Source of the DNA: a virus
IMG/VR virus record: IMGVR_UViG_3300043331_001676
Location: 1 to 64,000 of that record
Strand: one strand, 5' to 3'
DNA: 64,000 nucleotides
The notes below the pieces were generated by a model, which saw nothing but the letters and a program-made list of their open reading frames with translations, ran no database searches and was not told the origin of the DNA. Made by a program: the position numbers and the translations under genes. Positions within the stretch are counted from its first letter, which is position 1, and each line of letters opens with the position of its first letter. Positions 9,433 through 18,993 of the stretch are shown piece after piece.

Positions 9433-11032
9433 GTTTCCCCCTTGTCCGCTGCCGCCCTTCTCGCGGGTGTGGCTCTACCTGCGCGATTCCGGCGGCGACA
9501 ACCAGGATTTATCCAGCCAACGGGCTTACGGCCTGGCCTACTGTGAGCATTACCGGCTTCAACTCGTGCGTGGTTTTGAGGATAGCGCCGTAAGCGGTGG
9601 CTCAATCAAGGGTCGGGATGAATTTGAAGCCATGATCGAGCTGGCCCGGACAGGCAAAAACCCTCTCGTAAACGCCATCCTCTATTGGGATACAAAGCGA
9701 TTCGCCCGCAACCAAACTGATTCTCAGTATTATAAAGCCCTGCTGAGGCGACATGGCTATAAACTCATCTCGCTTTCTGATGATATTCCTGATAATGAAC
9801 TCTCGTTCGTGTTTGAGGCGTTTTTAGAGTGGAAAGCCCAAAAGGACAGAGAAGATTTATCAAAGGACATCAAACGAGGGATGTCCCACATTGTAAGCTT
9901 GAGAGACAGCGATGGCAATTATCTGGGCATCTTCCCCGGTGCTCTGCCAACATTCTTCAAAGGCATCCCCTACAATACCGGCATTACCAGAAACGATGGC
10001 AGCGTCAGGATTCTCCAACGCATTATCCCCGACCCCGATACATGGCCCCTGGGCCAGCGGGCCTGGCAAATGCGGGCCGACCGGGCCAGCTACCAGGAGA
10101 TCGAAAGAGCCTTGCAGATTTTTCCGAAAAACCCCAACCCTTCGCCCACCTACTACTATCTTTTCCGCAACGAGATTTACATCGGCCGGCTGCGCTACAG
10201 CGGCCAGGTCTACGAAAACTTCGTGCCGGCCCTGGCTACCCCAGAGCAGTGGGAGCAGGTGCAGGAGTTGAGTTACGAGCGGCCCAGAGCCAATACGTCT
10301 TTTCCGGCCGACAAGCTGCACCCCAAGGCGGGACGCGGGGGTTTCCTGCTCTCCGGCCTGTGCCAGTGCCTTTACTGCGCGGCCAATATTCATGGCTCGA
10401 CCAACCGCCGGCCCGAACGCCAGACCGCCTGGCGTTACTATGTCTGCTCGACCAAGGAGAAGCGGCCCGAGCAGTGCCGGGAGAGCAAGCGGCTGCCGGC
10501 GCACAGGATCGAGCACGAGGTGGTTGATTTTGTGCTTTCACGGGTGCTGACCGTTGACTTCGTGAGCAAACTGGCCGAGCGGGTCAACGCTATCCTGAAC
10601 AATACCGAGGTCATTCAAGACGAGATCGAGCGGCGGCAAAAGCGGTTAGGCGAGCTTCGCCGGGCCGTAAGCAGCTTGCTGGATGCGATTGAGCTGACCC
10701 CATCCACCGACCTTCTGGAGCGCCTGGCCAGGCGGCAGAGAGAACGAGATACCTGCGAGCGAGAGTTAAAACAACTGCAAGCACAGATGAGTACAAACCG
10801 CTATCTGGTTGATGAAACTTCTATCTTGAACCTGCTGACCGAAATGCGATCAACGCTAACGGCCGGGGAAATTAAGGCGAGGCAACTCATACTGCAAGGC
10901 GCAGTGGTCAAAATCGAGCTGGGCCGTGACGCGGGCCGGATCCATTATCGCTTCCCATTGACACGGGTTTATTTAGAGCGGGTAAACTGGCTCGAATTAA
11001 ACCCTGTACAAATTTACGACTTTGAGTATTGA
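9425..11032 (+). CDS. int: Large serine recombinase (integrase)
   Basis: YLRDS catalytic Ser, D..SG...R, RFARN, recombinase domain, LSGLCQCLYC...YYVC...C zinc ribbon, coiled coil. Confidence 0.95.
   Translation: MFKFPPCPLPPFSRVWLYLRDSGGDNQDLSSQRAYGLAYCEHYRLQLVRGFEDSAVSGGSIKGRDEFEAMIELARTGKNPLVNAILYWDTKRFARNQTDSQYYKALLRRHGYKLISLSDDIPDNELSFVFEAFLEWKAQKDREDLSKDIKRGMSHIVSLRDSDGNYLGIFPGALPTFFKGIPYNTGITRNDGSVRILQRIIPDPDTWPLGQRAWQMRADRASYQEIERALQIFPKNPNPSPTYYYLFRNEIYIGRLRYSGQVYENFVPALATPEQWEQVQELSYERPRANTSFPADKLHPKAGRGGFLLSGLCQCLYCAANIHGSTNRRPERQTAWRYYVCSTKEKRPEQCRESKRLPAHRIEHEVVDFVLSRVLTVDFVSKLAERVNAILNNTEVIQDEIERRQKRLGELRRAVSSLLDAIELTPSTDLLERLARRQRERDTCERELKQLQAQMSTNRYLVDETSILNLLTEMRSTLTAGEIKARQLILQGAVVKIELGRDAGRIHYRFPLTRVYLERVNWLELNPVQIYDFEY
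10958..11011. other. Probable attP site within the integrase 3' end
   Basis: 22-bp imperfect inverted arms (16/22 match) around the 10-bp core GGGTAAACTG. Confidence 0.7.
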
Positions 11033-11070
11033 AGCACGCCGGCGAGGATGACTCGCCCGGCGTGCTTTCT
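11032..11070 (+). terminator. Hairpin/terminator after the integrase
   Basis: AAGCACGCCGG..CGAG/CTCG..CCGGCGTGCTTT. Confidence 0.65.
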
Positions 11071-11313
11071 ATTATACAACAAAAAACAAGAGCCGCTATC
11101 CGCCCACGCCTCCCAGCGCCAGATAGCGACTCTCTCGATGAGTTCAGGACGAGTGCCCTGACTGACTACTTTACGGCATCCGCCGCGTTACCGTCCCCAG
11201 TGGCCGTTCGGCTGAGCCTATCGAAGCCTTTTAACTTTCTTCTAACCACTGTTAAGGTCAATGGTATCACAGTACCACAAGATTTTCAACGATGCGGGAG
11301 GAATACGGGCCTT

Positions 11314-11649
11314 ATGCGGGAGGAAACCTTTATCCGATTTATCGTCATCTGCGCCGTGTTGTTCGTATTTTTCGGTATTCCCTACGCCATCCTGATCGCG
11401 CTTCGGCCCTTCCGGCCCAGGCTGACCTGGCTGAGCGTATTTTTCGGCGATATGGTCACCGACATCGCCACAGCCGGCCAGCTCCTGCTCTTCACCGGCG
11501 ACCCGTTCCTGGCCGCCATTCCGATCATCAACCACGTCCTGAGCGGCGGGCCGATGATCCTGGGCCAGATATTAAAGCACGCCCTGCAAAACGGGGACAT
11601 CAATCTTTTGAGGGACGAGGATGACGACGCCGAGGAAGCCGTGGCCTGA
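11314..11649 (+). CDS. Small multi-TM membrane protein
   Basis: GGAGG RBS before ATG 11314; hydrophobic segments. Confidence 0.65.
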   Translation: MREETFIRFIVICAVLFVFFGIPYAILIALRPFRPRLTWLSVFFGDMVTDIATAGQLLLFTGDPFLAAIPIINHVLSGGPMILGQILKHALQNGDINLLRDEDDDAEEAVA

Positions 11650-12079
11650 GTGGGCCGGGGATGACTACCACGCCCTGCGCCGGCAGGCCCGGCGGATCAA
11701 CCGGATGGCCGGGAAGGCGCGCCGGGTCCAGCACAGCAACATCTACGTGACCGCGGAACTTCTCTCCCGCCTGGCCGGGGCCGGCCAGCAGATCACCAAT
11801 ACGGCCCGCAGGCTGGAGCTGGAGAAGGGCGGCAAGAAGTGGCCGGATTGGGCCAACCGGGCGCTGAGTATTGCGAAGAAGAGCGGCAAGTACATCGCCG
11901 CCGGGGCCAGGCACGGCCTGGCCGGCATCGAGGCCGATAACTGGAAGATGGTCCTGAAAGGCATTGATACCGTGATCGAGCAGGCCGGAAAAGTAGAGGC
12001 GGCGCTGCTGGAAGGCCCGCCCCCGTTAGGGGAGCTGGAGCAGGCCGCGCTGTCTATTTTAGAGAGGTCGAAATTGTGA
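11621..12079 (+). CDS. Hypothetical protein
   Basis: Operon tiling, followed by a hairpin. Confidence 0.65.
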   Translation: MTTPRKPWPEWAGDDYHALRRQARRINRMAGKARRVQHSNIYVTAELLSRLAGAGQQITNTARRLELEKGGKKWPDWANRALSIAKKSGKYIAAGARHGLAGIEADNWKMVLKGIDTVIEQAGKVEAALLEGPPPLGELEQAALSILERSKL

Positions 12080-12085
12080 CATACT

Positions 12086-12110
12086 CCCCCGGCATGATGC
12101 CGGGGGCTTC
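12086..12110 (+). terminator. GC-rich hairpin, possible terminator
   Basis: CCCCCGGCAT-G-ATGCCGGGGG; weak U tail. Confidence 0.45.
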
Positions 12111-12148
12111 TGATAGCCGAAACTATCGAGTAAAAGCGAGGTAATTTT

Positions 12149-12364
12149 ATGCGAGAGCGAACACTAGAGGAACAAGCCGAGATGGAGCGATTAGTCAAAT
12201 TGTCCAATCAGGCGAGGCGACTTCGGCAAAACCTAGAGCATATCTGTAGCCTTCTTGACGAAAGACACAGGCGAATTTATCACCGCGCTTACTCGCGTGA
12301 AAAACGCCGTGAGAGAAGCATGATTGCCACCTCCAATAGGCTGAAAGAAATGGGGGTTTGGTGA
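12149..12364 (+). CDS. Hypothetical protein
   Basis: GAGGT RBS. Confidence 0.6.
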   Translation: MRERTLEEQAEMERLVKLSNQARRLRQNLEHICSLLDERHRRIYHRAYSREKRRERSMIATSNRLKEMGVW

Positions 12365-12567
12365 TGGAAAAGTGTAACTACTGCGGGGTGGAGTATATGC
12401 CAATGTTGAGAGCTACCCGGCCCGGCAATCTGATTTATGTCTGCGAATACCGCTTTACATATAACGAGGATGGGTCTCTTAACGAGATGATTCCGTCAAG
12501 CGAGTGCAAGGACAAAGCAGTTGCGGATGGCTACACTCTGCGGCGTGATTTGACGCCGAGCCGATAG
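12358..12567 (+). CDS. Small Cys-rich hypothetical protein
   Basis: CNYC...C...C; coupled to the upstream gene. Confidence 0.55.
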   Translation: MVMEKCNYCGVEYMPMLRATRPGNLIYVCEYRFTYNEDGSLNEMIPSSECKDKAVADGYTLRRDLTPSR

Positions 12568-12689
12568 ACAAGCTAATTTTCCGCCCGGCTAGAAGCCGGG
12601 ACGGGAGCGAACACACATTTTACAGAAAGCGAGGTAAGCCCCGCTCCTCCCCTGGCTCGAAGCCAGAGGTTTCCAGGGGCTAGATTTTT

Positions 12690-12917
12690 ATGAGTGATGA
12701 GCTTACCAAAACTGAGGTAAATACGCTGAGCCACGAAGCCCTGCTTGAGCACATCGGCCGCCTGGCCGTAGCCTGCGCGCATCACCCGGAAAACCTGGCT
12801 TTGCTTGAGACTTTCGAGCGAGAGTTTAGACTTGAGCGGGGCCGGATCCGGCTAAAAGAGGCGCTGCCGGTGGCGAAAAGTATATTCCTTGACGGATGGA
12901 AGGCTGAGGAATTGTGA
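12690..12917 (+). CDS. Hypothetical protein
   Basis: GTGA overlap with the next gene. Confidence 0.55.
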   Translation: MSDELTKTEVNTLSHEALLEHIGRLAVACAHHPENLALLETFEREFRLERGRIRLKEALPVAKSIFLDGWKAEEL

Positions 12918-13420
12918 GCCGCAAAGCCCAGGCCGTGGGGGCATCTATCGAAGAGTGGGCCGAGATCTCCTTCCGGCGCTACGAAGCCGAGGGGAAGGTT
13001 TCCTGGTCCAGGTGCTACCCGGCCACAAAGACCGTCTATAACGGCAGGATGCAGCGCAAGCAGACCTTCCTCTTACCGGAGGAGGGACCGCCGGATTACT
13101 GCCTTTCGTTAGCCCCGGCTGGCCAGCTCTTGTGGCTGGAGGTCAAGACCTGGGAAGCGGTAGACCTGCACACCGAGCGCAAGCGGCTGCACCAGTACCG
13201 GCAGATGATGGAAGCTTGCCGCGTGGGTGCGCTGGGGGCATACCTGGTGGCGTGGCGAGCTGGTGATTTAGTAGATTGGCGGCTGCATCCGGTGGGTGGC
13301 TTGGAGGCGCTGGACAATGCGCTGGTTTTTCGGCGGTCCGAGGGGCTTCAGATAGTGAGTAGTGTTGAGGGCTGGCCGGAGTGGTGGGGGACGCTGGTCG
13401 AGACGAGAGGGGCACGATGA
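12914..13420 (+). CDS. RecU-like PD-(D/E)xK Holliday-junction resolvase
   Basis: G..IE, PPDY, LEVKT, HQ motifs. Confidence 0.7.
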   Translation: MSRKAQAVGASIEEWAEISFRRYEAEGKVSWSRCYPATKTVYNGRMQRKQTFLLPEEGPPDYCLSLAPAGQLLWLEVKTWEAVDLHTERKRLHQYRQMMEACRVGALGAYLVAWRAGDLVDWRLHPVGGLEALDNALVFRRSEGLQIVSSVEGWPEWWGTLVETRGAR

Positions 13421-13767
13421 GCAAACAAAAACCGACCATCAAGTCAAGAAATACCTGTGGAGGAGCTAATTCGTGCCAGGATTGGCGGTGGCCTCAAAGG
13501 GACTGACATTTTTCCAACTCAGGATCATCTTATAAATACAAAACATTGGTGCCACTTCTGCATCTGGCGGGACCAGGACCAATGCCGGGCACAAAAGGCC
13601 GTGATCTCTGATAGCGCTATATCATCTTGCAAGATTACGGGTGGCCTCAGAACTTTTCCTACCGGGTTCCCGCAGGGAGGCGGCATTACAAGCGGTCGCG
13701 CCGAGAACTTGATGGAGATGATGGCGATAATCCATCCTACCCAGACCACCCCATTTGGTGAGGGCAA

Positions 13768-14421
13768 ATGATAACGCTTAAGCTCGGCACTAAACAGGAC
13801 CTCGACTGGGCGCAGGCCGTCGCCCTAAAGTATCACTACCTGCACCAGCGCGTGGACAACCGGGCCAGACCTATGGTCTACCTGGTTACGATAGCCGGGG
13901 TCCGGCTGGGTCTGGTCATGGTCGGCATCCCCCACGCCACCCGCTGCCGGGGTTGGTGGGGCTATCCTGGCCTGCCGACCCAGTGGCAGGTGCTGGACCT
14001 GTGCCGCATCTGGCTCGACCCGGCCATCCAGGCTGGCGGCGAATTTGCCAGGCCCGGTTATGTCCCCGGCTTCGTGGACCGCCACGGCCAGTTTCGCCCG
14101 ACCGTGGCGAGCTGGGCTATCGGCCAGGTGCTGGAGCGGTTACAGCGGGACTGGATCAGCCTGTGGCCGCCGGTCTTTCCTGAGCGGCCTTATCACATTC
14201 GTCTGGTCATCAGTTATCACGACCCGAAGCATCACAGGGGGACCATCTACCGGCTAATGAAAGCCCTGCCGATGTACACCGACAAAAGCAAGCTGCCTAT
14301 CCCTGGACCATCCGGCAAGTTCGGCTGGTGCTGGCGGCTGCCGGAGCCGGCCTGGGAGTGGCCGGAGGTCGAGATCAGGCAGCCGCGCACCATGCGGCTG
14401 GAGTTGGGGGACTATGGCTAG
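13768..14421 (+). CDS. Mom-like GNAT-fold DNA modification protein
   Basis: YHYLH, GLVMVG.P, DLCRIWL, VISYHDP..HRGTIYR resemble phage Mu Mom-family motifs. Confidence 0.65.
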   Translation: MITLKLGTKQDLDWAQAVALKYHYLHQRVDNRARPMVYLVTIAGVRLGLVMVGIPHATRCRGWWGYPGLPTQWQVLDLCRIWLDPAIQAGGEFARPGYVPGFVDRHGQFRPTVASWAIGQVLERLQRDWISLWPPVFPERPYHIRLVISYHDPKHHRGTIYRLMKALPMYTDKSKLPIPGPSGKFGWCWRLPEPAWEWPEVEIRQPRTMRLELGDYG

Positions 14422-14611
14422 AGTGCTCCGGGGCGCGGTCCCGGCCCACGACCAGAAGCTTGAGCCGGAGGCTCGACTATTGATCGCGGTCTTCCGGCAG
14501 GCCCGGATTGATCTATTTTCAGCCTCGGACCAGATCAGGACCATGGCCGAGCGGTTCCTGGCCTCGTATGGCTACGATGTCGAGGAGATCAGGGCTTGCT
14601 GGAAGCGATAA
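14414..14611 (+). CDS. Small phage hypothetical protein
   Basis: RLLIAVFRQARIDL helix; GGGGG RBS. Confidence 0.55.
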   Translation: MARVLRGAVPAHDQKLEPEARLLIAVFRQARIDLFSASDQIRTMAERFLASYGYDVEEIRACWKR

Positions 14612-14645
14612 ATCAGAACGAGCGTTTCGAGAAAGGACACTGACG

Positions 14646-15644
14646 ATGGGCGAAAATAGCAAGATTGAATGGTGTGACCACTCCTGGAATCCGTGGATTG
14701 GCTGCGTCAAGGTTAGTCCTGGCTGCAAGTTCTGTTATGCCGAGGAGCTAATGACCCGCAAGGGGCGCTGGGCCAACACATGGGGACCGGCACAGACTTC
14801 CGAACGGATTAAAACCAGTGATGACAACTGGCGCAAGCCCTTGCGGTGGAATCGACAGGCCCAAAAAGAGGGACGGCGGTTCAAGGTCTTTTGCGCGTCG
14901 TTGGCCGACGTGTTTGAAGATAATCCCCAAGTTTATGATTGGCGGCTTCAGCTATTTAGCCTTATTAGCGAGACGCCTAACCTGGATTGGCAGATACTAA
15001 CCAAGCGGCCTGAATTTGCCAGGGCGTTTTTTGAGAAGCGCCCACACTTGCTTTGGCCCAATGTTTGGCTTGGTACGAGTGTCGAAAATCAGGAGCAAGC
15101 CGATAAGCGCATACCCGAATTGCTCAGGACCCCGGCTCAGGTTCGTTTCCTGAGTTGTGAGCCGCTTTTGGAGCCGGTACGGTTGGCTGATGCGTGGTTA
15201 TATGATTATGTAACTGATAGGCGAGACGCTTGTTTTATTGATTGGGTCATTGTTGGCGGCGAATCAGGACCGCAGGCGAGGCCGATGCACCCCGAATGGG
15301 CGTGGCAAATCGAGCGGCAATGTGAAGCGGCAGGCGTAGCCTTTTTCTTTAAGCAGCACGGCGAATTTATTAGCAAACCCGAAATTGCCGATTTGACCGA
15401 AGATGGATGGAAGGTCAGGCCAGAATGGTTGCCGATGATTCAAGGTAGCCGGTGGGGTTGTCTTGACATCAACGGAAAGTACAGGCCGGAAACTACAACC
15501 TGGAATGGGCGGCAAAATGATCCACAGGATGATTATGAGGTTACGGTTTATAAGGTCGGCAAACATAACGCTGGTCGCCTGCTCGATGGCCGGACGTGGG
15601 ACGAGTTCCCCGACACCGCCACGCTTGAGCCGGCCACACTTTAA
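14646..15644 (+). CDS. DUF5131 / phage Gp37-Gp68 radical-SAM-like protein
   Basis: SKIEWCDHSWNPWIGCVKVSPGCKFCYAE, LTKRP, FLSCEPLL, WVIVGGESG, FFKQ; AAAGGA RBS. Confidence 0.92.
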   Translation: MGENSKIEWCDHSWNPWIGCVKVSPGCKFCYAEELMTRKGRWANTWGPAQTSERIKTSDDNWRKPLRWNRQAQKEGRRFKVFCASLADVFEDNPQVYDWRLQLFSLISETPNLDWQILTKRPEFARAFFEKRPHLLWPNVWLGTSVENQEQADKRIPELLRTPAQVRFLSCEPLLEPVRLADAWLYDYVTDRRDACFIDWVIVGGESGPQARPMHPEWAWQIERQCEAAGVAFFFKQHGEFISKPEIADLTEDGWKVRPEWLPMIQGSRWGCLDINGKYRPETTTWNGRQNDPQDDYEVTVYKVGKHNAGRLLDGRTWDEFPDTATLEPATL

Positions 15645-15661
15645 TCTCTTGAGGGAGGGTT

Positions 15662-15970
15662 ATGAGTATGCGAATCGGAGACAAAGCCACCTACACGGGC
15701 ACGGCCTACCCCTGGGCCACCGGCCGCGAAGTCGAGATCAAGGGGATCATCCGGGATAACCGGACCATCAAGGATAACGTGCTGCTGGACGCTACAGGCG
15801 GCACCCGGGAGAGCGACCACGTGATCTTCTCGCTGCTGGATGCCGATGGCTTCCGGTTTAGCGCGCCGGATGCGCGGCTGGGGGATTTTGAGGTGCAGCC
15901 GGTGATTGCTCAAGCGCCGCTGGGTGCGGCCGTGGAGGCTGCCGAACCGGAATTCCTAACGCTCGTTTGA
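15662..15970 (+). CDS. Hypothetical protein
   Basis: GGAGG RBS. Confidence 0.65.
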   Translation: MSMRIGDKATYTGTAYPWATGREVEIKGIIRDNRTIKDNVLLDATGGTRESDHVIFSLLDADGFRFSAPDARLGDFEVQPVIAQAPLGAAVEAAEPEFLTLV

Positions 15971-15973
15971 ACG

Positions 15974-16002
15974 TTGATTTCGGGATTCGAGTGTGATAGA
16001 CT
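15974..16002 (+). promoter_or_regulatory. Promoter of the methyltransferase cassette
   Basis: TTGATT-17 nt-TAGACT with extended -10 TG; the 12-bp palindrome lies just upstream. Confidence 0.5.
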
Positions 16003-16179
16003 GAATAAAATAAAATTGCCTTGACCCGTCCTGCCGCCAAGCTAAGCCGGGTCAAGGCTGATGACAGGAGTCCGCAGGTAAGGGCAAACTACCGTCTTTT
16101 GCTATTATACCATGCTTTGCCCCCGACCGGGCAAGTTTGCCGCCTCGCCTGTTGATTCCACAAACGGGATCAGCGATCA

Positions 16180-17730
16180 ATGCCAAAATACAAACCTATA
16201 GGTCAGGGCCAGGGTTGGACCGTTATTAAGGCTGATGTGCTAGATTACCTGGTTGGCTCGCTCTGGCTGCGCCAATACTACGGCGAATATTTCCATTTCC
16301 TGTTTGACGATTGGCCCTATAACCTCGATTCTATCACCCGGCGGTTCGGCCCAGCGGGCAGCGCCCCGGCTCAATTTGGCCGGGACGGGGCCTTTGCCCG
16401 GCAGTCACGCGGATTCATGGGGCAAACCTGGGACACTGATTTGGCCTACCAGCCGGAAACCTGGACCACTATCCTACCCCATCTCTACCCCGGCGCGTTT
16501 ACCGCCAGCTTCAGCCATCCCCGAAAGCAGCACCGACTGGCGCTGGCCCAGGAGTTAGCCAGGTTTGTGATAAATCCGGCGCTGTACCAGATCGGCTGGG
16601 TGTATGCAAGTGGCAAGCCGAGCGGGACGCGCATTGACACACAGATTGACCGGCGAGCTGGGGCCGAGCGGGAAGTGGTGGGGCAGGTAAAACGATGGGG
16701 TCACAATGCAGGGGCCGGCTCCGGCAGCTTCTATGCTAATGGATATCAGGCCACCACCGGCAGAGCGAAACTTGACGTTATTACTACCCCCGCCACCGCC
16801 CTGGCCCAAACCTGGGCCGGCCATCAATACGGCTCACCCCTGGCCCCGGAACTGGAACCGATCATTATCGCTCAAGCTCCCTGGCCAGAGAACAGGCTCG
16901 ATACCATCTTGAAAACCGGCGCAGGCGCGGTCAATATCGAGGCGGGGAAAAATGGGATGCCGGAACGGGGATACCCCGGCCACTTTATCCTCACGCATCA
17001 TCCTGGATGTGGCTACCTGGGCGAGAAGCGGGTCAGGAACGGCAGCGGTGACGTGACCGGCCAGGAGCCGAGCAGCCAGGCTTACGGCAAGACATTAAAC
17101 ACTTACGCCGGGAACTTTAAGCCCAAACCCTATCAAGCCAAAGGGGACCAGGACGGCTATATCAGCGTCCCTGATTACGATTGCCACCCGGATTGCCCGG
17201 CCCGGCGGCTCGACGAGCAGGCGGGCGAAAAGAGTTACCACTTCTACCAGGCCGACTGGACGTATGATATTCAGGAGCGCCTGGCCGGGATCAATCCGCT
17301 TTATTACCAGGGCAAGGTCACTGCGCTTGAGCGCAATGCCGGCTGTGGCCAACTGCCGCTTAAGGAGAGGCGGCGAGTCAATCCGGGCGGGCTGGAACGA
17401 GAGAAGCGATTCGCGAGTACCTGGCAGCACAATGATCACCCTACCCTGAAAAGCATCAAGTTGTGCAAGTGGATTGCTGGCCTGTTTCTGCCGCCGGAGC
17501 AGTACCGGCCCAGGCGGGTCCTTGTGCCGACCTGTGGCACGGGCAGCGAAATGATCGGCTGCCTGCTGGCCGGGTGGGATGAGGTAATTGGGGTGGAATT
17601 AAATGCCGGTTACGCAGAGGTGGCCTGCCGGCGCCTGGAGTGGTGGTCCAGGCATCTGGAATGGGGCCTGAATGATGTGGACCGGATTATGGCCAGCGCC
17701 AGGACGGGCGCGGCCCAGGCAATGTTTTAA
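16180..17730 (+). CDS. Phage DNA N6-adenine/N4-cytosine methyltransferase (beta class, divergent motifs)
   Basis: DWPY (DPPY-like), GFMGQTWD, EPIIIA, HPTLKS, VLVPTCGTGS, IGVEL. Confidence 0.85.
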   Translation: MPKYKPIGQGQGWTVIKADVLDYLVGSLWLRQYYGEYFHFLFDDWPYNLDSITRRFGPAGSAPAQFGRDGAFARQSRGFMGQTWDTDLAYQPETWTTILPHLYPGAFTASFSHPRKQHRLALAQELARFVINPALYQIGWVYASGKPSGTRIDTQIDRRAGAEREVVGQVKRWGHNAGAGSGSFYANGYQATTGRAKLDVITTPATALAQTWAGHQYGSPLAPELEPIIIAQAPWPENRLDTILKTGAGAVNIEAGKNGMPERGYPGHFILTHHPGCGYLGEKRVRNGSGDVTGQEPSSQAYGKTLNTYAGNFKPKPYQAKGDQDGYISVPDYDCHPDCPARRLDEQAGEKSYHFYQADWTYDIQERLAGINPLYYQGKVTALERNAGCGQLPLKERRRVNPGGLEREKRFASTWQHNDHPTLKSIKLCKWIAGLFLPPEQYRPRRVLVPTCGTGSEMIGCLLAGWDEVIGVELNAGYAEVACRRLEWWSRHLEWGLNDVDRIMASARTGAAQAMF

Positions 17731-17796
17731 GCGGGTCCTTCGTAAATTCTAAACGAGCGTTTCAAAGTAAGGCGGCGGAGAAAAACAAGGAGTGCA

Positions 17797-18993
17797 ATGA
17801 ATCACGACACATCTATCGAGGCCAGATTTGAAGGACATGAAGTCGTCGAAGCTGGCACAGCTACCATCCCTCACCTGCTTCTGTGGCATTATCGTGACCT
17901 GGGATTGGTGGATGCTCAATTCACCCTGCTCACTCTGATCATTGCCAGGAAGTGGACCAGGGAAGCCCCCTATCCATCCCTGGCCCGGCTGCCCATGACC
18001 GCCAATTTGGACAGCCGGCGGCGCTATGTCCGGGACCTGCGCCAGAAGGGCCTCATTTTTACAAGCCGGCTTTACTGGACCAATAAGGACATAGAGGGAA
18101 ATCCGAGCGCCAGGCCGGGGCGCGTCAGGTCCAATATATGGTATCTGGGCAGCCTTTTTCATAATCTGGTCAGGATTCACCGCTGGCTCCACGAAGGCAA
18201 TCCCGCAGCATCATTTTGCGTTGAAATCCCCCTGACCACGATCAAGATGTTTCTCAAGGGCGATTTTCACGATACACCGGAATATATCATCAACATTATC
18301 AATCAGCAGACTCAGGGTGGGGTCGTTCTCAAGACAGTTACTCTACCGTGCGAAAAACGCACAGTAGGAAAATCTACTATGCGTTTTTCTAGTAGTAGTT
18401 TTTCTAGTAGTAGAAAAACGCATAGTCATGAAGAAGAATCAGAGTCTAAGAAGAATCAAAAGAAAAAGAAGAATAAGGTAAAGGGCGCTGACGCGCCGCC
18501 TCTTCATGGGAGGAACAACCTGCCGGCAGAGGTGGCTATCAAAACCAGGGTTAAGGAAGTCTTTTGTCTAAAGACAGGCTTAAGCATGCCCCGACGCAAA
18601 ACGGATCAAAACTTCTGGTGGTCCAACTTTGGCGAGATCGCCAGTATTGCCGAACAAAACATCGAGCGGGCCGAATGGCTGGTCGAGGAGGTCATTACTT
18701 ACATGACAGATGAGCACCTGACTATTTCCGGCCCGCAAAGCATTGTAAATCTGTGCCGGTCGTTAGCCGCCGGCCAGGTATTAGCAAAAGGAGGTACTAA
18801 GAAAGATGGACAAACTAGACGCAGTAATATCAAAGGTTTACGAGAAAACGGCAGCGATAACCCCATCAAGCCAATCTTCGACCCCGACACCGGGGAAGAT
18901 TACTACGTTGACGCCCGATCCGGGCAGCGGGTCCATCCTGACGGCTGCCCCTGCTACGGGTGCCATCCAGAGCACCGACCCGACCCAGCCTGA
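17797..18993 (+). CDS. Replication initiator protein
   Basis: N-terminal wHTH (YPSLARL...RRYVRDLRQKGLI), central iteron-coded low-complexity linker, precedes a DnaC-like gene. Confidence 0.75.
   Translation: MNHDTSIEARFEGHEVVEAGTATIPHLLLWHYRDLGLVDAQFTLLTLIIARKWTREAPYPSLARLPMTANLDSRRRYVRDLRQKGLIFTSRLYWTNKDIEGNPSARPGRVRSNIWYLGSLFHNLVRIHRWLHEGNPAASFCVEIPLTTIKMFLKGDFHDTPEYIINIINQQTQGGVVLKTVTLPCEKRTVGKSTMRFSSSSFSSSRKTHSHEEESESKKNQKKKKNKVKGADAPPLHGRNNLPAEVAIKTRVKEVFCLKTGLSMPRRKTDQNFWWSNFGEIASIAEQNIERAEWLVEEVITYMTDEHLTISGPQSIVNLCRSLAAGQVLAKGGTKKDGQTRRSNIKGLRENGSDNPIKPIFDPDTGEDYYVDARSGQRVHPDGCPCYGCHPEHRPDPA
18346..18480. other. Probable replication origin within the initiator gene
   Basis: Perfect 16-bp inverted repeat 18376-18391/18411-18426, 15-bp direct repeats GTTTTTCTAGTAGTA, then an A-rich tract. 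Confidence 0.7.

Noticed and set aside
10960-11000. tRNA gene
   Set aside because: Only a 3'-end-like fragment with no D or anticodon arm; treated as att-site similarity.
11029-11313. N-terminal extension of the 206-aa ORF
   Set aside because: Runs through a hairpin and repeat units; a good RBS supports ATG 11314.
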